Part shown: in pieces, positions 39,933 to 49,127 of the stretch
Numbering within the stretch: the stretch's first letter is position 1
How the letters are laid out: the number at the start of each line of letters is the position of its first letter
NCBI GenBank assembly: GCA_963677595.1
Contig: OY782041.1
Location: 1,504,001-1,568,000 of the forward strand
Direction of reading: 5' to 3'
Length of the DNA: 64,000 nucleotides
Source of the DNA: Spirochaetia bacterium
GTDB lineage: Bacteria > Spirochaetota > Spirochaetia > CAKZLE01
The notes under the pieces: model-generated
What the model was told of the DNA's origin: nothing
The model's database searches: none
Seen by the model: only the letters and a program-made list of their open reading frames with translations
Made by a program: the position numbers and the translations under genes

Positions 39933-42900
39933 ATGATACAGACCGAACTCAGGATCCTGCAGACTTCGAGGGAATCGTACGAGGTGTATGAGATTCTCTT
40001 TTCCTCAGAGGAGACCATTCAGGCTCTCTACCACCAGGCACAGAAGATCGCGATGGTCATCAATGCCAAGAGGCAGGACCCGGCACGATCCATCAAGGCC
40101 AGCGATGTGTATGCCGCCGGCGTCATCAGGCTGATCCAGCGAGACCTGGTGCAGGCCTACTCATCGGCCCAGCAGATCGATATAAAGGACCAGGTCCTTA
40201 CCGACTACCGCCGGGAGGGGATCCCCATCCCGGAGATCATCAGGACCTTCGATGCCGTCTTCCCCCATATCGCGGAGATCCCCGAATCAGCTGCAGGGAG
40301 GCTGACCGTGGAGGAGATACTCCTCCTGGAGGTCTCACAGAACAACCCTGCCCTCATGAAGCGGTTCCAGGACCTCTTCAGCAGCCAGCTGCTGCAGAAG
40401 GAACCCCTCTATCGTACGGCAAGTACGAGACTGCTTTCCACCATCAAGGACGCCCCGGGCTTCGAGGAGGGAGATATCGGAGAGTCATCGAACCTCTTCG
40501 AGTTCCTCTGCAAACCGGCCAGGCTCTCACCCGATGACCTCTCCGGCCAGCTGAAGTACATGCTCATGCACTGGGGTGAGTACATCGCAAGCTATAAGAA
40601 TGCCCTGCTCAGGGCACTGGACTTCATCCAGGAAGAGAACAGGCCCGTGTTCCCTCCGGGGCCGGGACCGTCATCGGCCGCTGACTACTCTGGCATGAAC
40701 GAGGAGTATGAGGCATACAGCTCTGACTCCGACTGGATGCCGAATGTCGTCATGATGGCGAAGAGTACCCTGGTCTGGCTCGACCAGTTATCGAAGGAGT
40801 ACGGGTACAGCATCACCCGCCTCGACCAGATCCCCGACCGGGAGATCGACCAGCTCGCTGACCGCGGGTTCACCGCCCTCTGGCTCATCGGGCTCTGGGA
40901 GCGGAGCGAGGCATCGAAGCGGATCAAGAACGCCTGCGGCAACCCGGAGGCAGAGGCTTCCGCCTACTCCCTCCACGGCTATGACATCGCCTGGGGCCTC
41001 GGCGGCTGGGAAGCACTGAAGGAACTCAGCCGCAAGTGCCGGAGGCGGGGGATCCGTCTTGCCAGCGATATGGTCCCCAACCATACCGGGCTGGATTCCG
41101 ACTGGATGGTCAACCGCCCGGACCTCTTCCTCCAGACCCCCTACCCGCCCTTCCCCGCTTACACCTATAACGGGCAGAACCTATCGAAGGACGGCAGGGT
41201 CGGGGTCTACCTCGAGGACCACTACTACTCGCAGACCGATGCTGCGGTCACCTTCAAGCGTGTTGACCACCATACCGGGGCCGAGACCTATATCTATCAT
41301 GGGAATGACGGTACGGGCATGCCGTGGAATGACACGGCTCAGCTTGACTACCTGAACCCCGACACCCGCGAGACGGTGATCCAGACGATCATCCATGTCG
41401 CCAAGAACTTCCCGATCATCAGGTTCGATGCCGCCATGACGCTGGCGAAGAAGCATATCCAGAGGCTCTGGTACCCGCTCCCGGGTACCGGCGGCGATAT
41501 TCCGAGCAGGTCCGCCCATGGTATGGAGCAGAGTGCCTTCAACGAAGCGATACCCATCGAGTTCTGGCGGGAGGTGGTGGACAGGATCGCTGTGGAGGTC
41601 CCCGATACCCTCCTCCTGGCAGAGGCTTTCTGGATGATGGAGGGCTATTTCGTCCGGACGCTCGGGATGCACCGTGTCTACAACAGCGCCTTCATGAACA
41701 TGCTCAAGAACGAGGATAACCGCAAATACCGGGACACGATCAAGAACACGATCTCGTTCGATCCCGAGATCCTCAAGCGATACGTGAACTTCATGAACAA
41801 CCCGGATGAGGAGACCGCGGTCAACCAGTTCGGCGACGGGGACAAGTACTTCGGCGTCTGCACCCTCCTCGTCACCATGCCCGGCCTGCCCATGATCGGC
41901 CACGGCCAGGTCGAGGGCTTCCGCGAGAAGTACGGCATGGAGTTCAGCAAGGCCTACTGGGACGAGAAGCCGAACCAGTACCTCGTCGGTGAGCACTACC
42001 GGAGGATCTTCCCCCTGATGAAGAAGCGGTACCTCTTCTCCAATGCCGAGAACTTCTGTCTCTTCGATGTGGTCCATGACCATGCAGTCCAGGAGAACGT
42101 CTTCGCCTACACGAACCGTGCCGGCGACGAGAGGGCCCTGGTCTTCTACAACAATGCCTATGAGAAGGGCGTCGGCTGGATCAGCCAGTCAGCCCCGAGC
42201 CTGAAGCGGCTCGACGGTGACGAGAGAAAGCTCATGACCACCGGGATCGGTGAGGCCCTCGGACTCCGCGGGGGCACCCATGACTTCTTCATCTGCACCG
42301 GCTTCCATGACGGCCTGAGCTATATCAGGTCATCCCAGGAGGTCTACCGGCGGGGGATCTACGTGGAGCTGAACGGCTACCAGACGCAGATATACCTGAA
42401 CTTCTACGAGGTAGAAGATACCGAGGGTCTCTATGCCCGGCTCTATGAGCAGCTCAACGGGGCTGGCGTCGCCGATATCGAGCGGGAGCTGAAGCGGATC
42501 AAGTACTCGGAGTTCCACCTTGCGGCCTCCCCCTTCTACCAGGTCTCCACGATCGGGAAGCTCAGCCAGTACTGCCGCACGCCGGATCCTGATCTTCTTG
42601 CGGGGCTGGCGAAGACCTTCACGACAGCACAGGCACTGATCGCATCGGTCTGGGGGAATATACCGTTCGGGGCATATGAACTGCTCCCGAAGCAGCTGGA
42701 GCCTGAGAAGGCCAGCCTCCCTGCCAAACTGGAAGCACTGAAGTTGTTCATCGAAGCAGCAGAAGGCAACCAGTACCTGGCGAACAGCCTGCGGATCATG
42801 CCGGAAGTCCCTGCCCTGATCGCTTCCTGGATCCTGCTCTCAGTCGTGACCGACCAGTACGAGGAACCAACCATGATCCCCGACATCGGGCATGAACTGC

Positions 42901-43280
42901 TGATCGAGGACCACATCCGGGAGGCACTGCGTGAGTTCACGGTACCGACGAGCGAGGCTTACCGCATGGTCTATGTCCCCTACATCCTCACCCACCTTGC
43001 CGGCTGGTATACCGAGATGAAGGGGCTCGGAAAGGAACCGGCACAGATGCTCACCGCCCTACTCGAGGACCCCCAGGTACGTGCGTTCTGCCAGATCAAC
43101 TGGCACCAGGAAATCCAGTGGTTCCATAAGGAGTCGCTCCAGGAGTGCTTCTTCTGGCTCTATGCCGCTGAACTCCTTGCGAACCCCGACATGGTGGAAG
43201 ACCGTGAGTTCTATTCCATGATCCAGGGATGGCTGAAGAAGGAGATGACTGCCGAATACCGGGTAGAGAGATTGTTCTAA
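39933..43280 (+). CDS. Large GH13 alpha-amylase family glycosidase
   Basis: DMVPNH, IRFDAAM, LAEAFW, NNPDE GH13 conserved regions; long N- and C-terminal extensions. Confidence 0.88.
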   Translation: MIQTELRILQTSRESYEVYEILFSSEETIQALYHQAQKIAMVINAKRQDPARSIKASDVYAAGVIRLIQRDLVQAYSSAQQIDIKDQVLTDYRREGIPIPEIIRTFDAVFPHIAEIPESAAGRLTVEEILLLEVSQNNPALMKRFQDLFSSQLLQKEPLYRTASTRLLSTIKDAPGFEEGDIGESSNLFEFLCKPARLSPDDLSGQLKYMLMHWGEYIASYKNALLRALDFIQEENRPVFPPGPGPSSAADYSGMNEEYEAYSSDSDWMPNVVMMAKSTLVWLDQLSKEYGYSITRLDQIPDREIDQLADRGFTALWLIGLWERSEASKRIKNACGNPEAEASAYSLHGYDIAWGLGGWEALKELSRKCRRRGIRLASDMVPNHTGLDSDWMVNRPDLFLQTPYPPFPAYTYNGQNLSKDGRVGVYLEDHYYSQTDAAVTFKRVDHHTGAETYIYHGNDGTGMPWNDTAQLDYLNPDTRETVIQTIIHVAKNFPIIRFDAAMTLAKKHIQRLWYPLPGTGGDIPSRSAHGMEQSAFNEAIPIEFWREVVDRIAVEVPDTLLLAEAFWMMEGYFVRTLGMHRVYNSAFMNMLKNEDNRKYRDTIKNTISFDPEILKRYVNFMNNPDEETAVNQFGDGDKYFGVCTLLVTMPGLPMIGHGQVEGFREKYGMEFSKAYWDEKPNQYLVGEHYRRIFPLMKKRYLFSNAENFCLFDVVHDHAVQENVFAYTNRAGDERALVFYNNAYEKGVGWISQSAPSLKRLDGDERKLMTTGIGEALGLRGGTHDFFICTGFHDGLSYIRSSQEVYRRGIYVELNGYQTQIYLNFYEVEDTEGLYARLYEQLNGAGVADIERELKRIKYSEFHLAASPFYQVSTIGKLSQYCRTPDPDLLAGLAKTFTTAQALIASVWGNIPFGAYELLPKQLEPEKASLPAKLEALKLFIEAAEGNQYLANSLRIMPEVPALIASWILLSVVTDQYEEPTMIPDIGHELLIEDHIREALREFTVPTSEAYRMVYVPYILTHLAGWYTEMKGLGKEPAQMLTALLEDPQVRAFCQINWHQEIQWFHKESLQECFFWLYAAELLANPDMVEDREFYSMIQGWLKKEMTAEYRVERLF

Positions 43281-43287
43281 GACGATG

Positions 43288-43311
43288 AGAGGGCTGCAGA
43301 TGCAGCCCTCT
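43288..43311. terminator. Hairpin between convergent genes (probable bidirectional terminator)
   Basis: AGAGGGCTGCA-GA-TGCAGCCCTCT inverted repeat. Confidence 0.65.
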
Positions 43312-43335
43312 ATTCATGTATGGAGTCCTTCCCGT

Positions 43336-45000
43336 TTACGGTGTCGTCTCATAGATCGCGCGTGCGATCGGTATGCGCCTGCCGCTCCCGAAGGCCTTCT
43401 CTGAGACCTTGATCACGATCGCTGCCTGTCTCCGCTTGTACTCACAACGTTCGACCAGACGCAGGATGTGCTGCACGGTCTGAGCATCATACCCGAGTGC
43501 CACGATCTCCTCGAACTGGAGGCAGTCCATGACATGGGCCTTGAGGATCCCGTCCAGGACCTCATAGGCCGGGAGGCTGTCCTCGTCCTTCTGGTCAGGC
43601 CGCAGCTCTGCGGATGGCGGCTTGGTGAGGATGTTATCCGGGATCAGGTCGTAGCCTGCCTTATCGTTTATATGGCGGCATAAGGCGAACACCTCGGTCT
43701 TGAAGAGGTCCCCGATCACTGCCAGGGAGCCGCACATGTCCCCGTAGAGGGTACAGTAGCCGGTCGCCATCTCTGACTTGTTCCCGGTTGTGAGCAGCAG
43801 CGAGCCCTTCTTGTTCGACCAGGCCATCAGGAGCAGCCCCCTGATCCGTGCCTGCATGTTCTCCTCGGTGACATCCTCCTTGGTCCCTGCGAAACTCTCA
43901 GAAAGGCTCTCTTTCGCAGCCTGGAACATCGGTTCTATGGAGATGACCTCGTACCCGATCTTCAGGTTCTTCGCCAGCTGCTCGGCATCGGTGAGGCTGT
44001 GGTCGGAGGAGTAGCGGCTCGGCATGGCATAGACATGCACGTTCTCCGGGCCGAGGGCGGCTGCGGCGATGACCGCGATGAGTGCGGAATCGATCCCTCC
44101 AGAGAGGCCGAGGTTGGCTGAGGAGAATCCGGTCTTCTTCATGTATCCCCGGACACCGAGCACCAGTGCCTGGAAGAGGTTCTCATAATCATCATCGATC
44201 TCGGAGAGGTCCAGCTCGGGAAGGGTCTCGATACCTTCGGTATCGAAGGTGACGAGGTCCTCCTTGAACCCTGCCCCATGGCTCACGATGCGTCCTGATG
44301 CATCGGAGACGATCGAATTCCCGTCGAAGACGAGCGAGTCATTCGCCCCGACTGCGTTGATATAGGCGGTGATCACCCCGTGGTCCTGGCTGATCTGCTT
44401 GACCAGGGACCTCCGGATCCGGGTCTTCCCGGTATAGAAGGGGGAAGCTGAGGGGGCGATGATGATCCCGGCGCCCTTCCTGCAGAGCTCCTTCACCGGG
44501 TCGTCATGGTAGATGAGGCTCGAGTCCCCGACATTCTCCGCCCAGATGTCCTCACAGATGGCGAACCCGATCTTCTCCCCCATGAACTCGAGGAGCTCCC
44601 GGCTCTCTGCTGGTTCGAAGTACCGGTCCTCATCGAAGACATCATAGGTCGGCAGCAGGGTCTTTGCCTGCTTATGGATGATCTCACCCCCATAGATGAC
44701 GGCAAGGTCGTTATAGAAGGATTTCCCCTTCCCCGAAGTGTTCTCGTCGACGAACCCGACAGCCACCGCGATATCTTCAGGGACCTGTTCGCACAGCCAT
44801 GCGACAGCTTCCTTGTTCTTCCTGATAAAGGCCGGATAGGTGAGCAGGTCCAGCGGCGGATACCCGCAGATCGCCAGTTCCGGGAAGACCACCAGGTCGG
44901 CTCCCGCCTGCTTCGCTTCCAGGGTCCTTGAGAGGATCAGCTCCCTGTTCCCGGTGAAATCTGCTATGATCGTGTCTATCTGGGCCAATGCAATCTTCAT
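43336..45000 (-). CDS. nadE: Glutamine-dependent NAD+ synthetase
   Basis: Nitrilase domain (FPEL, ICEDIW) + GLSGGIDSA, ENMQARIR, TGNKSE, PPSAEL. Confidence 0.95.
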   Translation of the reverse strand: MKIALAQIDTIIADFTGNRELILSRTLEAKQAGADLVVFPELAICGYPPLDLLTYPAFIRKNKEAVAWLCEQVPEDIAVAVGFVDENTSGKGKSFYNDLAVIYGGEIIHKQAKTLLPTYDVFDEDRYFEPAESRELLEFMGEKIGFAICEDIWAENVGDSSLIYHDDPVKELCRKGAGIIIAPSASPFYTGKTRIRRSLVKQISQDHGVITAYINAVGANDSLVFDGNSIVSDASGRIVSHGAGFKEDLVTFDTEGIETLPELDLSEIDDDYENLFQALVLGVRGYMKKTGFSSANLGLSGGIDSALIAVIAAAALGPENVHVYAMPSRYSSDHSLTDAEQLAKNLKIGYEVISIEPMFQAAKESLSESFAGTKEDVTEENMQARIRGLLLMAWSNKKGSLLLTTGNKSEMATGYCTLYGDMCGSLAVIGDLFKTEVFALCRHINDKAGYDLIPDNILTKPPSAELRPDQKDEDSLPAYEVLDGILKAHVMDCLQFEEIVALGYDAQTVQHILRLVERCEYKRRQAAIVIKVSEKAFGSGRRIPIARAIYETTP

Positions 45001-45068
45001 AATTCACTCCAGATCAACTCTACCACAATTGATTGACTTATGTCACCTCATGAAGTACTCTGTACCAT

Positions 45069-46319
45069 ATGAAGAAATGGATATTGAACCTCATATCGAT
45101 CCTGGTCGGCCTTACCCTGGCGTTCTTCCTCTTCAGCAGCAGTACCCTGGAAGGGTTCTTCAGCAATATAGCGACCCTGCTCATGAACCTGATCCCCTAT
45201 GTCACCTACGGTATGGTCTTCTTCCTGGCAACCGCCGGGATCGCGTCGCTGAACCTCCAGAACCTGACCCGAAACGCAGTCCTCTGCACCCTCCTGTGGG
45301 GAGGCCTCTCCATCGGGCTGCTCTCGCTCTTCAGCGGGTTCTTCGCCTACCTCATGCCGCTCGTGGATCTTGACCAGTTCATCTCACTCAACCGTGACCT
45401 GACAGGGTCGGTGAGCCTCCAGGACGGGGGCTTCCAATCGATCACAGCATCCTTGGCAGGGAACAACTTCAAGCCGTTCTTCTTCTCGTTCGGACTCCTG
45501 CTGCCCATCGTGGCTGCCGGCTTCTATCTCGGCTGGGGAGTCACCCCAACAAAAGAGGTCCTCAAGCCCGCCTACTCGGTGATCAACTCATTCTCCGAGG
45601 TCTCGCACAAGCTCCTGCACAGCATCAGCCATATCATGAACGTCGGGCTGGCATTCTTCTCCGGGATCTTCCTCGCACATGTCCTGCAGGTCTCCGGATT
45701 ATCTGTCATCACCTCGTTCTTCATCTTCTTCTCCATCGCCGCGGCCATCCTCATCTTCCTGGTCTTCCCAGTCCTCATCGTGATCTTCACCAAGGAGCAC
45801 CGGCCCTACTACTTCCTCTCCGGCCTGCTCTCCCCTATCCTCCATGCCTTCTTCTCCGGGACCACGACCTATGCACTCCCCCTCCTCATCCAGCACGCAC
45901 GGACCAACCTCGGCATCGCGAAACGGGTCAACGCCCTCTCGATCCCGCTGCTCTCCCTGGCTGCACGCGGGGGAAGCGCCTTCGTCAGCTCCTTCGTCCT
46001 GATCGCCATGCTCTCCTCCCGGATGGGTGATACCACGCTCATTTCGACGACCCTGCAGATCCTGCTGGCCAGTTCGGCACTCTCTATCATCTCCTATGCG
46101 TTCCCCGGGATGGAAGTGATGTTCATCACCCTGGGAGCCATCCATTTCCTGGACCTTGGGATCTATGAGGAGTCGACCTTCCTGTTCATCATCCTCCTGC
46201 GCCCGCTCCTGCAGGGGACTGCAGCAGTGATCGACACCCTGATCTGCGGGCTGGGTGCGGCAGCATGCGGGTACAGGCTGCATGCCTTCATCCCCGTAGA
46301 ACGAAAGGACCGAATATGA
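45069..46319 (+). CDS. Divergent dicarboxylate/amino acid:cation symporter-like membrane protein
   Basis: Multi-TM protein with AFFSG...ALP and SIPL...RGGSA reminiscent of DAACS. Confidence 0.55.
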   Translation: MKKWILNLISILVGLTLAFFLFSSSTLEGFFSNIATLLMNLIPYVTYGMVFFLATAGIASLNLQNLTRNAVLCTLLWGGLSIGLLSLFSGFFAYLMPLVDLDQFISLNRDLTGSVSLQDGGFQSITASLAGNNFKPFFFSFGLLLPIVAAGFYLGWGVTPTKEVLKPAYSVINSFSEVSHKLLHSISHIMNVGLAFFSGIFLAHVLQVSGLSVITSFFIFFSIAAAILIFLVFPVLIVIFTKEHRPYYFLSGLLSPILHAFFSGTTTYALPLLIQHARTNLGIAKRVNALSIPLLSLAARGGSAFVSSFVLIAMLSSRMGDTTLISTTLQILLASSALSIISYAFPGMEVMFITLGAIHFLDLGIYEESTFLFIILLRPLLQGTAAVIDTLICGLGAAACGYRLHAFIPVERKDRI

Positions 46320-46338
46320 CCGATAGGAAGCATGGCCT

Positions 46339-47100
46339 ATGAGCAGACCGGTAAAGATCGTCTTCCTGATCCTGCAGTTCGTGATCGCCGCACTGGTGAT
46401 CGCCTTCTGTGTACATCTCTATATCAATGGGGGGTTCACCTTTGGGAGCCTCATCGCCTCAGGGGATACGGACCATGTGATGACCACAGCCATCCATACC
46501 CTGCTCCTGCTCCTCTTCGGCCTGGTCTTCTTCATCGTCTTCGGGAAGGCGACCTACCCGGAAGTATCGTTCATCATCATCGCGGCATCGTTCATGCAGC
46601 TGATGAACCTGCGGGTCTTCCTCATCCCGCTTGACCACCTCACCATCGACACCTCGATCCTGATCCAGCGGGGTTATTATGCGCTCTGGTTCTTCAGCAT
46701 GTCCCTCATCTTCTGTTCAGGACTCTTCCACAACGGGGTCTCATACCTCAAGCAGAACCTGTTCATCCTGATCTCACTCTGCGTCACCGTCATCGTGATG
46801 GTGATCATCCCCATCCCATCCGGTCTCGAGACGCTCTATGACTATATGGAGATATCATCGATGAAGGGATTCATCGCCCTGCTCGGGGCCGCATCGGTCC
46901 TCAACTACATCATCGCCTCGATCAGGAACAACTCGAAGACCTTCACCCTCATTGCCCTGGGGCTCCTGCTCTTCCTTGGAGGCAACATCCTGCTGCTCTA
47001 CCTGGCAACACCCCTCTATCTTGGCATCGCGGCGGCACTCTTCATCATCGGCAGCAGCATCATGATCAGGGAGTTCTATATGCTCCACCTCTGGTCCTAG
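46339..47100 (+). CDS. Hypothetical polytopic membrane protein
   Basis: About 8 TM segments, host-like codon usage. Confidence 0.65.
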   Translation: MSRPVKIVFLILQFVIAALVIAFCVHLYINGGFTFGSLIASGDTDHVMTTAIHTLLLLLFGLVFFIVFGKATYPEVSFIIIAASFMQLMNLRVFLIPLDHLTIDTSILIQRGYYALWFFSMSLIFCSGLFHNGVSYLKQNLFILISLCVTVIVMVIIPIPSGLETLYDYMEISSMKGFIALLGAASVLNYIIASIRNNSKTFTLIALGLLLFLGGNILLLYLATPLYLGIAAALFIIGSSIMIREFYMLHLWS

Positions 47101-47696
47101 ATCAGGGCTGAGGCTACCCACCCGACGAACACGGGAATACAGGCATTATCGAAATCACGAAGGGGCAGGGTCTCTACTGCCGTGGCGGCAAGCGCGATGA
47201 GCAGGGCGCTCCCTGCAGAGCCCAGGACGACGAAGGAAGCGATGAAGGTGGCAGTGAAGCATCCTGCCATGCCCCCGAGCGATTTCTTCCTCAGGTAGGG
47301 GATCCCCTTCACCGGGAGGGTGCTCCCCAGGAGGGCTGCTGCCGTGTCACCGAAGGCAAGGGCGAAGATCCCGAGCTTCATGGCCGTGAACGGGAAGAGG
47401 TAGATCGAGAGGAGGGCACCGAGAGCGAGGGTAAGAGGGGATTTCATGAAACCTGTCTTCTCATTTCCCCGCGAGACGTACTCTGTGGTGGAGATGATGG
47501 GTCGAAAGCACCTGAGCAGGACGTTCCCCTCATACCTCCCGGTCAGCCGGAGGTACTCGCTCAGGCAGTAGACTGCCGAACCGATCCCAAGGAGTATGAC
47601 TGCCTGTTCCTGCGATGACCGAACGATCAGCGGCAGGAAGGCGATCAGCACATGCAGGCTCTTGCGAACCAACTCTTTCTTTAGTATCTGCACCAT
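47097..47696 (-). CDS. Phytol/dolichol kinase-like (CTP-dependent kinase) membrane protein
   Basis: ELVRKSLH, LAFGDTAAALLG, KSLGG, DFDNxxIP. Confidence 0.8.
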   Translation of the reverse strand: MVQILKKELVRKSLHVLIAFLPLIVRSSQEQAVILLGIGSAVYCLSEYLRLTGRYEGNVLLRCFRPIISTTEYVSRGNEKTGFMKSPLTLALGALLSIYLFPFTAMKLGIFALAFGDTAAALLGSTLPVKGIPYLRKKSLGGMAGCFTATFIASFVVLGSAGSALLIALAATAVETLPLRDFDNACIPVFVGWVASALI

Positions 47697-47813
47697 AATA
47701 TCTACGTACCCTCATGCATGGTCATATCTCATCCTACCCCTGGATGGGGCTCTTTGCAAGCGTAATCACTTCGCAATACTTGACACGACCTCCCAGTTCC
47801 ATGATTATGAGCT

Positions 47814-49082
47814 ATGTTCATACCGGTAATCATCAAACTCATCGTATCACTGCTCGTGATCATCCTGCTCAACAGGTTCCTGAAGAACCTGCCGATCTCA
47901 CTGCTCGGGGGGACGCTCGTCTTCGCCTTCTGGATCGGGCTTCCCTTCAGCACCATAGCCTCGACCGCCTTCGAGCGCGTGTTCAGCCTCAACACGGGCG
48001 GGCTCATGCTCTTAGTCGGCCTGGTCATCACCCTCTCCATGCAGATGAAGTATACCGGGCTGATCGATGAGCTCGTGGGGACCATCAGGAAGACCTTCTC
48101 CTCGAGGACGTCGCTCGCCGTGCTGCCGGCCATGATCGGGCTCCTCCCCATGCCGGGGGGTGCACTCTTCTCTGCCCCGCTGCTCGACAACTTCGATGAT
48201 ATCTCAGGTATCGGGCAGAATGAGAAGACGAGGATCAACTACTGGTTCCGTCATGTATGGGAATATATGTGGCCTCTCTATCCGGGAGTCATCGTCGCCT
48301 GCGACGTGGCAGGGATCGAGCTCTGGCAGATCTTCCTCATCGGTGCGCCGATGAGCCTTGCCGCCATCATCATCGGGTATATCATCTACCTGTCCAAGAT
48401 CGACCGGGAGAAACGGTCGAGTGAACAGAGACGTGAGAGGCTGAGCCTCTCACCCTTCATCCCGGTGATCACCATCGTGCTGACCTACCTGGTCATCCAG
48501 ATCTTCCTCCCCGCGATCCCTGCAGCCAACCAGTACCTCCCGATGATCATAGGGATCACGATAGCGATCGTCTCCCTGCAGATCCGCAAGCCGGTATCGC
48601 AGGAGGACTGGGGGAAGATGGTCACCTCGAAGAACCTCTACAAGATGATGCTGATCATCCTCATGGTACGGATCTACGGGGCATTCATCGATGCCTCGAT
48701 CGACGGTGTCCCGGTCATCGGGGTCATGACCGAGGAGATGCAGCAGTTCGGTGTCCCGGCCCTGCCCCTGATCATTATCATCCCCTTCCTTGCGGGACTG
48801 ACCATGGGGGTCTCCGTGGGGTTCGCCGGGTCGGCGATCCCGGTAGCCCTGGCACTGCTCGGCCCGGATCCCTCGTTCGGCCTACTGGCCGGGACCCTTG
48901 CCTTCGCCTATGTCTGCGGGTTCATGGGCACCATGCTCTCACCATTGCATGTCTGCCTGATCGTCACCTGTGAGTACTACAAGACCGGGCTCTCCGCATC
49001 GTTCAGGGCTGTCATGCCGGCTGCTGCCGCCATGCTCGTTGTCGCATACCTCTATATGCAGCTGCTCACGGTCCTGTTCTGA
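47814..49082 (+). CDS. DUF401 family membrane protein; its 3' end is the island insertion site
   Basis: PAMIGLLPMPGGALFSAP, INYWFRHVWE..WPLYP, LSPLHVCL. Confidence 0.9.
   Translation: MFIPVIIKLIVSLLVIILLNRFLKNLPISLLGGTLVFAFWIGLPFSTIASTAFERVFSLNTGGLMLLVGLVITLSMQMKYTGLIDELVGTIRKTFSSRTSLAVLPAMIGLLPMPGGALFSAPLLDNFDDISGIGQNEKTRINYWFRHVWEYMWPLYPGVIVACDVAGIELWQIFLIGAPMSLAAIIIGYIIYLSKIDREKRSSEQRRERLSLSPFIPVITIVLTYLVIQIFLPAIPAANQYLPMIIGITIAIVSLQIRKPVSQEDWGKMVTSKNLYKMMLIILMVRIYGAFIDASIDGVPVIGVMTEEMQQFGVPALPLIIIIPFLAGLTMGVSVGFAGSAIPVALALLGPDPSFGLLAGTLAFAYVCGFMGTMLSPLHVCLIVTCEYYKTGLSASFRAVMPAAAAMLVVAYLYMQLLTVLF
48956..49080 (+). repeat. Direct repeat, left copy (last 125 bp of the DUF401 gene)
   Basis: CCTGATCGTCACCTGTGA...CTGTTCT; matches 56583-56707 with 3 mismatches. 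Confidence 0.95.
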
Positions 49083-49127
49083 GGTACTCAATAGGTAAGC
49101 ATTCACATTGATTCAGGAATGCTGAAA

